From Candidatus Fermentibacteraceae bacterium (GTDB taxonomy: Bacteria; Fermentibacterota; Fermentibacteria; Fermentibacterales; JCC-6), in the NCBI GenBank assembly GCA_041686025.1, contig JAWLEP010000006.1:1077-65076 (forward strand): a stretch of 64,000 nucleotides of DNA, written 5' to 3'. Positions within the stretch are counted from its first letter, which is position 1, and every line of letters begins with the position of its first letter. This document shows, in pieces, positions 27,294-34,933 of the stretch. Under the pieces are notes generated by a model, which searched no databases, was not told the origin of the DNA, and worked only from the letters and a program-made list of their open reading frames with translations. The translations under genes and the position numbers were made by a program.

Positions 27294-27430
27294 CGGACCG
27301 ATGCCCAGTGGCAGGGTGTGACGGATGCTCGTATACTCTCAGACGGAAGGCCCCAAACGATGGATTAGTAGCTATTATGAGTTAAAATACCTCCGTCCCC
27401 TTTTAGTGGGGCAGGGGAAAGGAAAGCGAC

Positions 27431-28078
27431 ATCAGGTATCTGCTGGCGGCATCCCTGGCGGCTGTCACGTCTGTAGCGCTGGGTTTCGGCGCGGGACTTT
27501 CGGGGGGCACCACCGGCATAGGGCCCACCGCGGGCTTCCCGGTTTCCGAGGAGGTCTCCATCCGTCTTGGCATGGGCTTTCTCTCCTTCGACCGCGACCA
27601 GGATGTGGACACCCTGACCTACGACATGGAGATGGGGCTGCGCTGGTTCCCGGTGCTGCTGGACTACAATCCCCGCGGCGGGCTGGTCCGCCTCAGCGGC
27701 GGGCTGATGTTCAACGGCAGCTCGGCGGACGCCAGCTACGTGCCGGAGTTCACGGTGGAGCTGGGAGGGCACACCTACACTCCCGAGGACGTGGGTGAGG
27801 TGGTGGGAGAGATCGGGATGCAGCCGGTCTCCCCCTACCTGGGCGTGGGACTGGGGAAGCCCGCCGGCGGGAGCCCGGGAATGCGCTTCCTGCTGGATCT
27901 GGGCCTGGCCTTCACCTCCTTCGATGTTAGCCTGGGGCACGAAGGGGGAGACCTTCCAGCCGATCTGGCCGAGCAGCTGGACGAGGACCTGGCCATGGAG
28001 GCGGACTCCCTCCAGAATGCCCTGGATGACTTCCGGATATACCCGGTGCTCTCAGCCGGGCTGATGTACAGCTGGTAG
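27431..28078 (+). CDS. Outer-membrane beta-barrel-like protein (apparent ATC start)
   Basis: It ends in ...SAGLMYSW, an aromatic terminus. The in-frame upstream region encodes a good signal peptide (I/M)RYLLAASLAAVTSVALG but contains no ATG/GTG/TTG. The first ATG is 27572. The GGGGAAAGGAAAG stretch (its AAAGGAAAG part is 27418-27426) ends 4 nt before ATC 27431. Confidence 0.55.
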   Translation: MRYLLAASLAAVTSVALGFGAGLSGGTTGIGPTAGFPVSEEVSIRLGMGFLSFDRDQDVDTLTYDMEMGLRWFPVLLDYNPRGGLVRLSGGLMFNGSSADASYVPEFTVELGGHTYTPEDVGEVVGEIGMQPVSPYLGVGLGKPAGGSPGMRFLLDLGLAFTSFDVSLGHEGGDLPADLAEQLDEDLAMEADSLQNALDDFRIYPVLSAGLMYSW

Positions 28079-28208
28079 AACCGATCTCGTCCATCCAGAC
28101 TTTCGGCGGGGCTGATGCTCTCCTGGTAGGTCTGCTCCGATGCTGCCGCCGGCCCTGCCCTACCCCGGCAAATAGTTAACTAGTTAACGTCAGGCACCGT
28201 TCGGGAGG

Positions 28209-28724
28209 TCATTCCGCGGGGAAGAGGGCTACCTTCAGGCCGAGGTAGGCGGCGAAGTCGATTCCCGGCAGGCACCTGACCCCCATGGCCAGGTAGGGCT
28301 CCAGGTCGGCCCCCGTCCCCAGGGGGAAGCGGTAGCCGGCCTTGGGGCCGACGGACACGGCCTGCTCCAGGCCGTCGTCGTTCTTTCCGCCGTCGTACAG
28401 CTGGATGCCGTAGCCGGTGTACATCCCTGCGAACGAGCCCGATCCCGCCTCCTGCAGGTACTTGCGGAACTCCGCGCCCAGTGAGAGGCCCCCGCCCCAC
28501 CTGGGCAGGCTGTCGCCCGTGGTGTACATCAGGAACGGGCCGCCGTAGAGGATGGTGCTGAACCCCGAAGTGCTCTCTGCGAACCGCTCCAGGTGAAAGG
28601 CGGGCTCCAGCGTGTAGGCCATGAGGAACCCGGAGTCCTCCCAGCCCGCCGGCGGCGGCGGATTGGCCACGGCGGCGGCAGCCAGACAGAGCAGGCAGAG
28701 TAGGGTGCTCCCGTACGAAGCCAT
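28209..28724 (-). CDS. Small secreted beta-barrel-like protein
   Basis: SD AAGGAAGG at 5 nt. Signal peptide MASYGSTLLCLLCLAAAAVA. Alternating Gly/aromatic beta-strand pattern. 171 aa. Confidence 0.6.
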   Translation of the reverse strand: MASYGSTLLCLLCLAAAAVANPPPPAGWEDSGFLMAYTLEPAFHLERFAESTSGFSTILYGGPFLMYTTGDSLPRWGGGLSLGAEFRKYLQEAGSGSFAGMYTGYGIQLYDGGKNDDGLEQAVSVGPKAGYRFPLGTGADLEPYLAMGVRCLPGIDFAAYLGLKVALFPAE

Positions 28725-28790
28725 GACGGCCTTCCTTCGGATTGGCGCCTGTCTGACTATAGCCCCGTGGGTGCCTGCCGCAAGCCCCTG

Positions 28791-29912
28791 CTATTCCTCG
28801 GGCTGCAGCACGTAGATCTGCTGGAACAGCTCGGGATTGGTGGAGAATGCGGCCATTCCGCCATCCTCGATGGCGAACTCCCAGAACTGGCCCTCTTCCC
28901 CCACCTGCGGCATCTCGGCGGTGAACAGGTGCTCGCCCTCCGGGGAGAAGACCTCGAACACCGGAGACAGCTCCGTGCCCCGTCGGGCCCATATACGGCC
29001 CTGGCCGTCCACCCCCAGGTCGGTGATCATCCGGCGGTATGGGTCGGGCTCGAACTCTATCACCACGCCGCTTACGCCCATGTTCTCCAGGCGCTGCTCC
29101 ATCCAGTCCTTCTCCTCGCGGATCTCCTCGGGGGTCTTGCGTGCCCTGGCCACGTCGTGCTCGATGGTCTGCAGCAGCTCACCCTCGAAGGAGTAGACCT
29201 CGATGACGAAGTCCTCCGAGGAGCGGGGAGCCAGGTAGATCCTGCCCTGCCTGTCGCCGGCGATGTCGTAGGCGAACCAGGTCCGCTGCAGCATCTCCGT
29301 GAGGTTGTCGGGCTCGAAGGGCATGCTTCCCTCGCGCAGCTTCAGCGTCGGCTCGGACGGGTCGTCCAGCCTGGCCAGCCAGTGCTCCATCACCACATCG
29401 CCGCTTTCACGGGGAGCTACGCTCAGCTTTGTGGCGAGGAAAGAGCTGTCCCCCACGGCGGTGAGGTTCAGCGGAGGGTTCTGCAGGTACTCGCCCAGTA
29501 TTCCCAGGTACTCCCCCTCGGCGGTGTATCCGTGCACGCCGCCCAGAGCCGTTATCAGAACGCGGCCGTTGTTGAGCACCGTCATGTCCAGGGGGATGGT
29601 GATCTCCCCCGGGCCCTCGCCGCGGCCGGCTATGCTTCGAATGAATCGCCCGTCGGGGCCGTAGACCATGGCTGAGCCCCGGACCAGGTCCATGGCGTAG
29701 ATGTTGCCCCCCGGACCGAAGCAGACGCCTTCGATGGCGCCGAAGACGTAGTTGGAGTCGCCCAGCTCGACTCCGATGGTGTCCGTGATCGCCACCGTGC
29801 GACGGGAGGCGGTCTGCCCGGCCTCGTCCGGCCTCCCGCCTCCGTCTTCCCCGCCGCAGGAAAGCGTGACCGCAGCCGCGAATATCGATGCTGACAGAGC
29901 GAATCTTCTCAT
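28791..29912 (-). CDS. Six-bladed beta-propeller (NHL/TolB-like) lipoprotein
   Basis: ATG 29912 follows GGGGAGG at 6 nt. Lipobox TLSC-GG. Repeated blades (GPGGNIYAMD, GPDGRFIRS, DRQGRIYLA, DGQGRIWA). Confidence 0.75.
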   Translation of the reverse strand: MRRFALSASIFAAAVTLSCGGEDGGGRPDEAGQTASRRTVAITDTIGVELGDSNYVFGAIEGVCFGPGGNIYAMDLVRGSAMVYGPDGRFIRSIAGRGEGPGEITIPLDMTVLNNGRVLITALGGVHGYTAEGEYLGILGEYLQNPPLNLTAVGDSSFLATKLSVAPRESGDVVMEHWLARLDDPSEPTLKLREGSMPFEPDNLTEMLQRTWFAYDIAGDRQGRIYLAPRSSEDFVIEVYSFEGELLQTIEHDVARARKTPEEIREEKDWMEQRLENMGVSGVVIEFEPDPYRRMITDLGVDGQGRIWARRGTELSPVFEVFSPEGEHLFTAEMPQVGEEGQFWEFAIEDGGMAAFSTNPELFQQIYVLQPEE

Positions 29913-29961
29913 CTCGGCCTCCCCAGAGTGCCATCCAACCTTGTGAATCACTGCTGCGATC

Positions 29962-29990
29962 AGTATACGCAAAAATATTTGATTGGGCAA
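29962..29990 (-). promoter_or_regulatory. Sigma70-type promoter for the propeller lipoprotein gene
   Basis: The minus strand reads TTGCCC-17 nt-TATACT in an AT-rich island, about 45 nt upstream of ATG 29912. Confidence 0.5.
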
Positions 29991-30041
29991 ATATCACCGG
30001 GCATCGCAGGCGCAAGATGTTGCGGGACAGATATATAGCTG

Positions 30042-31016
30042 CTAATTTCCTGTGATTCGGGAGTGATTCGGACCGGTGGCGAAAGCGGGCAGGAAACGGC
30101 AGCCGCCGGCGCAGGCCTCCAGGTGCGGACAGCCTGGGCAGTCTTCCCGCGGAAGGCGGCCGCGGAACTCGCTGACGGCAGGACCGGCAGACAGCCTGGA
30201 GAAAGTGTCTCGCAGCAGGCTGCCCAGGACATTCCCGCTCTGCTCGCAGACCCGGAGACCCCCGTCCGAACCCACCGCCCACTTGCCGGCCCCGCAGACG
30301 CAGCCGGTGAACCGGATGTGCGGATAATCCTCCGGGTCGAACAGGCAGGGCTCCAGGGGAATTCCGGCGTAGAGGGGCACCGCGGCCCTTTCCGAAGCCC
30401 GGTCTGCCTCCCGAAGGGCCCGGCGAAGCAGGGCGGGAGAGGGGGAAAGTCCCTCTGCGGCGTCTGCGCCCCGGCCCGTTGGCACGAAGCGGTTCAGGCA
30501 GACGGCGTCGGCTCCCAGGGCGGCGGCGGTCTCCACTGTGCGGCCGGCCGCCGGACAGCTCTCCGCCGTCAGGCAGAGCGACACGGTAACCGTGGCCCCG
30601 GATTGGGCTGCGGCGACAATGCCGTCCCTGACCCGGCGGGGGTCGCCGCAGCCGAGATGCTCGCAGGTTTCGCTGTCCGCGCAGGACATGCCGATGTCGA
30701 AATGGCCGACACCGGCCTCCGTGAGCCTGCGGGCCGAATGCCTGTCCAGCAGAGTTCCGTTGGTGGCCACCGCCGCGGCCATTCCCAGCCCCCGGGCCTC
30801 CGACGCCAGCTGCGTCAGGTCATCCCGCAGCATCGGCTCGCCGCCGGTGAAGGTTATGCCCTCCGGCCCGGGGTCCGCCGCCAGGGACCGCAGCACCTCC
30901 ATCGTCTCCCGGGTGTCGAGCTCGGAGGGAACCGGACGGCCGCTCTCCAGCCAGACGTTGTAGCAGTAGGCGCAGGAGAGGTTGCAGCGGGGGGTCAGCT
31001 CGAAGGCGAACCAGAT
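30042..31016 (-). CDS. Radical SAM enzyme with C-terminal SPASM domain (apparent ATC start)
   Basis: CNLSCAYC (CxxxCxxC) at codons 10-17 counted from ATC 31016; GGEPML. SPASM Cys pattern CVCGAGKW...LRVCE...CPGCPHLEACAGGCR. The first canonical start (ATG 30902) lies after the Fe-S motif. Confidence 0.75.
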   Translation of the reverse strand: MWFAFELTPRCNLSCAYCYNVWLESGRPVPSELDTRETMEVLRSLAADPGPEGITFTGGEPMLRDDLTQLASEARGLGMAAAVATNGTLLDRHSARRLTEAGVGHFDIGMSCADSETCEHLGCGDPRRVRDGIVAAAQSGATVTVSLCLTAESCPAAGRTVETAAALGADAVCLNRFVPTGRGADAAEGLSPSPALLRRALREADRASERAAVPLYAGIPLEPCLFDPEDYPHIRFTGCVCGAGKWAVGSDGGLRVCEQSGNVLGSLLRDTFSRLSAGPAVSEFRGRLPREDCPGCPHLEACAGGCRFLPAFATGPNHSRITGN

Positions 31017-31019
31017 GGG

Positions 31020-31910
31020 TCAGACCCCCGCGCCCAGAAGGTCGTCCAGCATCACCCGCAGGTAGGGAACGGCCCGCTCCTGCCTCTCCAGGGCCTCCAT
31101 CAGATGGCGGTGGGCCTCGGGCTCGGCGCGGTAGTACTCGGGAGCCTCTCCCTGCGGGTGCCTGGCCAGGGTGTCGGCCGCAGCCCGGTGGCGGGCCTCC
31201 ACCAGGGTCATGGCCACGGTAATGACGTCGGAGGAGTCCTGCATGTCGGGGAAGCGGTTGAGCCAGCCCCCGCCGTAGACTTTCCCGATCAGCCCCAGGA
31301 TGCTCCATGCGTGCATCCTCTGCAGCAGGGTGTCCGCCGCGGCGTCGACCAGCTCGCCTTCGATGTCTCCGGCGGCCAGCCTCCTCTCCAGCGTCTCCAG
31401 CCTTCTCTCGAACTCCCGCGACAGGTCCTCCCGGAAGGTCATTGTCCAGGGGGGAATCATCCTGGTCATCATCGAAGTCCGCATCCGGCTGAGGATCGAT
31501 ATCCTCTCCCTCGTCATGCTGAGGACGGTTCTGACGGCCGTCTGCACCGGATCGGGCCCGCCGGTTCTCTGCTCCAGGCCGGCCTCGATCCGGTTCAGGC
31601 GGGACAGCAGCGTGTCGGCCCTCTCCGTCTCCAGGGGCAGGTATCCGAAATGCTCCAGGCTGTCGACGTCCAGCTCCACAGCTCCCATCTCATGCCAGAG
31701 CCGGCGCAGGCGGTCCCAGGACTCCGACGCCATGCGCCGCTTCAGTGTCTCGGAATGCTCCAGGTCCTCCGCGTGCATCTCACCGGGCGGGGCCGCATCG
31801 GACGATGACGTGGAGAGGGGAATGGAGGCTCCTCCCGCCATGGCCGCCCGGGCGGCACCCCGGATCAGCCTTCTTGGGCGACTCGTCCGCTTGCCGTGGC
31901 GGTTTCGCAT
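31020..31910 (-). CDS. Hypothetical Cys-free helical protein with Arg-rich (Tat-like?) N-terminus
   Basis: ATG 31910 follows GAAAGGTGG at 5 nt. 296 aa with no cysteine. N-terminus MRNRHGKRTSRPRRLIRGAARAAMAGGASIPL. TGA at 31022-31020 lies one codon before the radical-SAM N-terminus. Confidence 0.6.
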   Translation of the reverse strand: MRNRHGKRTSRPRRLIRGAARAAMAGGASIPLSTSSSDAAPPGEMHAEDLEHSETLKRRMASESWDRLRRLWHEMGAVELDVDSLEHFGYLPLETERADTLLSRLNRIEAGLEQRTGGPDPVQTAVRTVLSMTRERISILSRMRTSMMTRMIPPWTMTFREDLSREFERRLETLERRLAAGDIEGELVDAAADTLLQRMHAWSILGLIGKVYGGGWLNRFPDMQDSSDVITVAMTLVEARHRAAADTLARHPQGEAPEYYRAEPEAHRHLMEALERQERAVPYLRVMLDDLLGAGV

Positions 31911-31958
31911 CGCGGCCACCTTTCGGGAACCGGGGAGCGTTGGCGGACTATTTGCATG

Positions 31959-31974
31959 TGTAGATATATCTACA
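31959..31974. promoter_or_regulatory. 16-bp perfect palindrome in divergent intergenic region (candidate operator/promoter core)
   Basis: TGTAGATATATCTACA. It lies ~50 nt upstream of ATG 31910 (-) and ~40 nt upstream of ATG 32014 (+), in an AT-rich patch of GC-rich DNA. Confidence 0.5.
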
Positions 31975-32013
31975 GCCGATGGGGGGAGCAAAGATTTGGG
32001 AGGAGGGACCGGA

Positions 32014-32367
32014 ATGGAGAATACGCCCGGACCGGATGGCGGCTGGCCCGAAGAGAGCGCGGAGGAGTCCGAGCGGGACCACAGGCTCAGGGTTCTTCAC
32101 GCCAGGTACGACGCTGCCCTTGAGAACGGGGACTGGAAGAGCTTCCAGGACTCCTACCGGAAGTACCTGGAACTCTACCTCGAGGATGACCCGCACTACG
32201 CGGACCCCATAGTCCGCAGGGATTACATTCAGAAGCAGCTGGAGCGCTACAGGCCGAGGTTCGGGGGCAGCGGCAGACAGCCTCTGCTGGGGACCGTCAT
32301 CTGGATACTCCTCGGACTGGTGGCTCTGGTGATAGCCTACTTCCTGATCCGGGGCATCGGCGGCTAG
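32014..32367 (+). CDS. 117-aa tail-anchored membrane protein, hypothetical
   Basis: GGAGGAGGG lies 6 nt before ATG 32014. An acidic helical N-terminal part is followed by a single C-terminal TM segment (LLGTVIWILLGLVALVIAYFLI). Confidence 0.55.
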   Translation: MENTPGPDGGWPEESAEESERDHRLRVLHARYDAALENGDWKSFQDSYRKYLELYLEDDPHYADPIVRRDYIQKQLERYRPRFGGSGRQPLLGTVIWILLGLVALVIAYFLIRGIGG

Positions 32368-32368
32368 G

Positions 32369-34900
32369 CTACTTCCTGCCCAGGACCAGCAGGGTCATGT
32401 CGTCGTAGAGGTCCTCGGAGCCGTGGTGCGCGAGGACCAGGCTCTCCAGCCGGTCGGCTGTTTCTCCGGCAGTCTCGCTCATGCACTCCCCGGCGGCCCT
32501 GACTATCTCCCCCTCGCCCAGCTCCCTCTCGGAAGCGTCCATGGCCTCGGTAACGCCGTCGGTGTACATGATGATCTTCTCCCCCGGCTGCATGGTCACC
32601 GTCCCGGACCGGTAGTCCACCTCCCCGGTGTATCCCAGCAGCAGCCCGCCCCGGGAGAGCCTCTCCACGGAGCAGTCGCTGCGGATGAGCAGCGGCGGGT
32701 TGTGACCGGCGTTGACGTAGGTGAAGCTGCCGTCGCGGGGATCGAAGCGGCCGGCGAAGAAGGTGATGAACATCTCCGGCTCGGTGTTCCGGTAGACCAG
32801 GCTGTTGATCTTGCCCACCACCTTCTCCAGGGGCATCTCCACGTCCAGCGCCGTCCGCAGCGACGCCTGCAGGTTGGCCATGAGAAGGGCGGGGCCGACT
32901 CCCTTGCCGGCCACGTCACCGACTGCTACGACCGTGGAGCCGTCGGGCATGGGGACCACGTCGAAGTAGTCCCCGGCCACCTCCAGGCAGAACCTCATGC
33001 GGTGGGCCAGATCCAGGCCCGGGGTCTCGGGAAGCTCGCCGGGAAGCAGGCCCTGCTGTATCCGCCGGGCTATGTCCACCTGCTCGGCCAGCCGGTGCCG
33101 CTCCACGCTCTCCAGGAACAGACGGGAGTTCTCGGCGGCCAGGGCGATGCCGTCGGTCACCGAGTCCAGCAGCTCCATCTCCCGCGAGGAGAAGTCCTCC
33201 CCCGTCATTTTCTCCGGCAGCGCCAGCACCCCCACCACCCCGTGCGAGGCCTGCAGGGGCATCAGCAGCGATATTCGCCGGGCGCGAAGCCACTGCTTCT
33301 CGCGATCTGAGAGTCCGATCCTCCCGCTGGCCAGGGCCTCGTCCACCAGTATCGGATGGTCGCCGTGCAGCAGGCTCCGCACCGCCCCCTCGTCCCGGCT
33401 GAAGGGCGTCTCCTCCCGTTCCTCTCCGAACAGGACCAGGCCCCCGGTCTCGGAGTGCAGCAGCAGCGGGTAGAGGTTGTCCACTCCCAGCCCCTCCTCG
33501 AAGACCTCCCGCAGCCGGCTCCAGAACTCCGCGGGCCCGCCCTCCATCTCCGTCCGCAGCATGTTCCGCAGCAGGGCGCCCAGACGCTGCCTCTCCGGGT
33601 ACAGCCTCTCCTCGATGTAGTGCCGCACCCTTCTGTGGGCCGGTACGAAGCCGGTGGCCAGCGCCAGCCCCAGTATCAGGGTGGGGGTCTGGGAGTCCAC
33701 GTTCAGGTAGCTCAGCAGCAGCCGGCCGAAGCCGTACATGACCGCGCCCATCACCGCCAGAAGGAAGACGTTGATCAGCATGAACCGCGCTCCGCGGCGG
33801 ATGCGGGTCTTCAGCTCCAGAAGACGGTAGCGGCGGATGGCCAGGGCCAGGCTCACCGGTATCAGCAGCAGCAGCAGGAAGTCGACGTTCTGGATAAGCA
33901 GCCTCAGCTGAAAGCCCAGCTCTGCGTAGAGCTCGGTTCTGGTGATCACGAAGAGGTTCAGGGCCGAGTGGTAGACCAGTCCGGGAAGCGCGCCCAGCAT
34001 CACCAGCTGGGTCTGCCTCTTCTCCAGGTTGGTGCGGGCCCCCCGGTAGGAGCGCACCAGCTCCCAGTACCCCATTGCGAAGAAGAGGATCATGTAGGCC
34101 ACCGGCGCCAGGCCTATCTCCGCTCCGATCCCGTGCATCAGGATGACGGTGTAAAGGGCGGCCGGGGGAAGGAAGATGAGCGCGCTGCCCAGGACCTGGT
34201 GGCGGGCGAAACTCCGGTTCTTCCGGGGGAACAGCAGCGAGAGAAGGAGCCACAGCGAGGGGACGGCGATGGAGAAGGCGAGGCCTATGGTGTAGAACGT
34301 GTTCGGCCCCAGCGGAAGCTCGAAGGTGGCGTAGGTGTCGGCAATGGCTATCCTGTTCACCAGCACCTCGGCGGACATGGAGAGGCAGAACAGGATGAGG
34401 GTGGCCACTGGCGCGGAGAGCCTGATGTCGCTGCCCAGGGCCACCAGCGCCAGCGCTATGAAGGACAGGGCCAGCAGGGCCCTGAGCAAGAAGAGGACCA
34501 CGATGGGCACGCTGACCCGCAGGGGGATGCTCCGGGTCCTGGCCACCGTGCTGAGGGTGTCGCCCTCGTGGGCGAAGACCAGCTCCACGTCGGTGCCGGG
34601 CTCGGTCTCCACGTTGAAGACCTGGAAGTAGCTCTCCCGGTCCGCCGGCATCCCCTCCACCTTCAGAAGGAGGTCTCCGGGCTTGGGCATGGGGGGAGAG
34701 GGGAAGTCGGCGGGGTCCACCTCGGTTATCTCTGAGGGCGCATTCTCCGAAAGCCGGAAGAAGCTCCAGATGTCGCCCATGCGGACCATGGTCCACACCT
34801 TGGTGAGCTCCCGGGCCAGCTGTATGCCGGCCATGGAGAGCACCAGCACAGCCGCGGCCGTGAGAAGCGCTCGGAACCAAGTCGCGGACCTGCCCCTCAT
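32369..34900 (-). CDS. Membrane sensor PP2C-type phosphatase (RsbU/SpoIIE family) with GAF-like domain
   Basis: 843 aa. There is a PDZ-like segment after the first TM and ~9 further TM segments. The GAF-like region contains GVVGVLALPE. The SpoIIE core contains AGDYFDVV, VGDVAGKGVGPALLMA, NAGHNPPLL and MYTDGVTEA. Confidence 0.85.
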   Translation of the reverse strand: MRGRSATWFRALLTAAAVLVLSMAGIQLARELTKVWTMVRMGDIWSFFRLSENAPSEITEVDPADFPSPPMPKPGDLLLKVEGMPADRESYFQVFNVETEPGTDVELVFAHEGDTLSTVARTRSIPLRVSVPIVVLFLLRALLALSFIALALVALGSDIRLSAPVATLILFCLSMSAEVLVNRIAIADTYATFELPLGPNTFYTIGLAFSIAVPSLWLLLSLLFPRKNRSFARHQVLGSALIFLPPAALYTVILMHGIGAEIGLAPVAYMILFFAMGYWELVRSYRGARTNLEKRQTQLVMLGALPGLVYHSALNLFVITRTELYAELGFQLRLLIQNVDFLLLLLIPVSLALAIRRYRLLELKTRIRRGARFMLINVFLLAVMGAVMYGFGRLLLSYLNVDSQTPTLILGLALATGFVPAHRRVRHYIEERLYPERQRLGALLRNMLRTEMEGGPAEFWSRLREVFEEGLGVDNLYPLLLHSETGGLVLFGEEREETPFSRDEGAVRSLLHGDHPILVDEALASGRIGLSDREKQWLRARRISLLMPLQASHGVVGVLALPEKMTGEDFSSREMELLDSVTDGIALAAENSRLFLESVERHRLAEQVDIARRIQQGLLPGELPETPGLDLAHRMRFCLEVAGDYFDVVPMPDGSTVVAVGDVAGKGVGPALLMANLQASLRTALDVEMPLEKVVGKINSLVYRNTEPEMFITFFAGRFDPRDGSFTYVNAGHNPPLLIRSDCSVERLSRGGLLLGYTGEVDYRSGTVTMQPGEKIIMYTDGVTEAMDASERELGEGEIVRAAGECMSETAGETADRLESLVLAHHGSEDLYDDMTLLVLGRK

Positions 34901-34933
34901 CCCGCTACTCCCTCCGGATGGATTTGGCGGCGT

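Noticed and set aside
28175-28188. 14-bp perfect palindrome GTTAACTAGTTAAC between convergent beta-barrel genes. It places stop codons in all six frames and resembles an artificial all-frame stop linker.
   Set aside because: It is short and single-copy, has no flanking Ns or vector-like sequence, and sits in a natural convergent intergenic gap. Chance or a small terminator/operator is sufficient to explain it.
29913-29990. N-terminal extension of the propeller lipoprotein ORF (MPNQIFLRILIAAVIHKV...).
   Set aside because: The extension overlaps the promoter-like AT-rich region. ATG 29912 has a GGGGAGG SD and immediately yields a lipoprotein signal.
31014-31022. TGA 31022-31020 as selenocysteine, or as evidence of genome-wide TGA reassignment.
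   Set aside because: TGA terminates many well-defined genes in this window (ends at 3626, 5176, 7256, 11825, 12598, 15353 and others), so there is no global recoding. I could not see a convincing SECIS-like hairpin immediately downstream. Local readthrough remains only one of several options in the finding.
30063-31808. 581-aa plus-strand ORF over the radical-SAM locus.
   Set aside because: It is antisense to the CxxxCxxC/SPASM ORF and its partner, with low-complexity composition.
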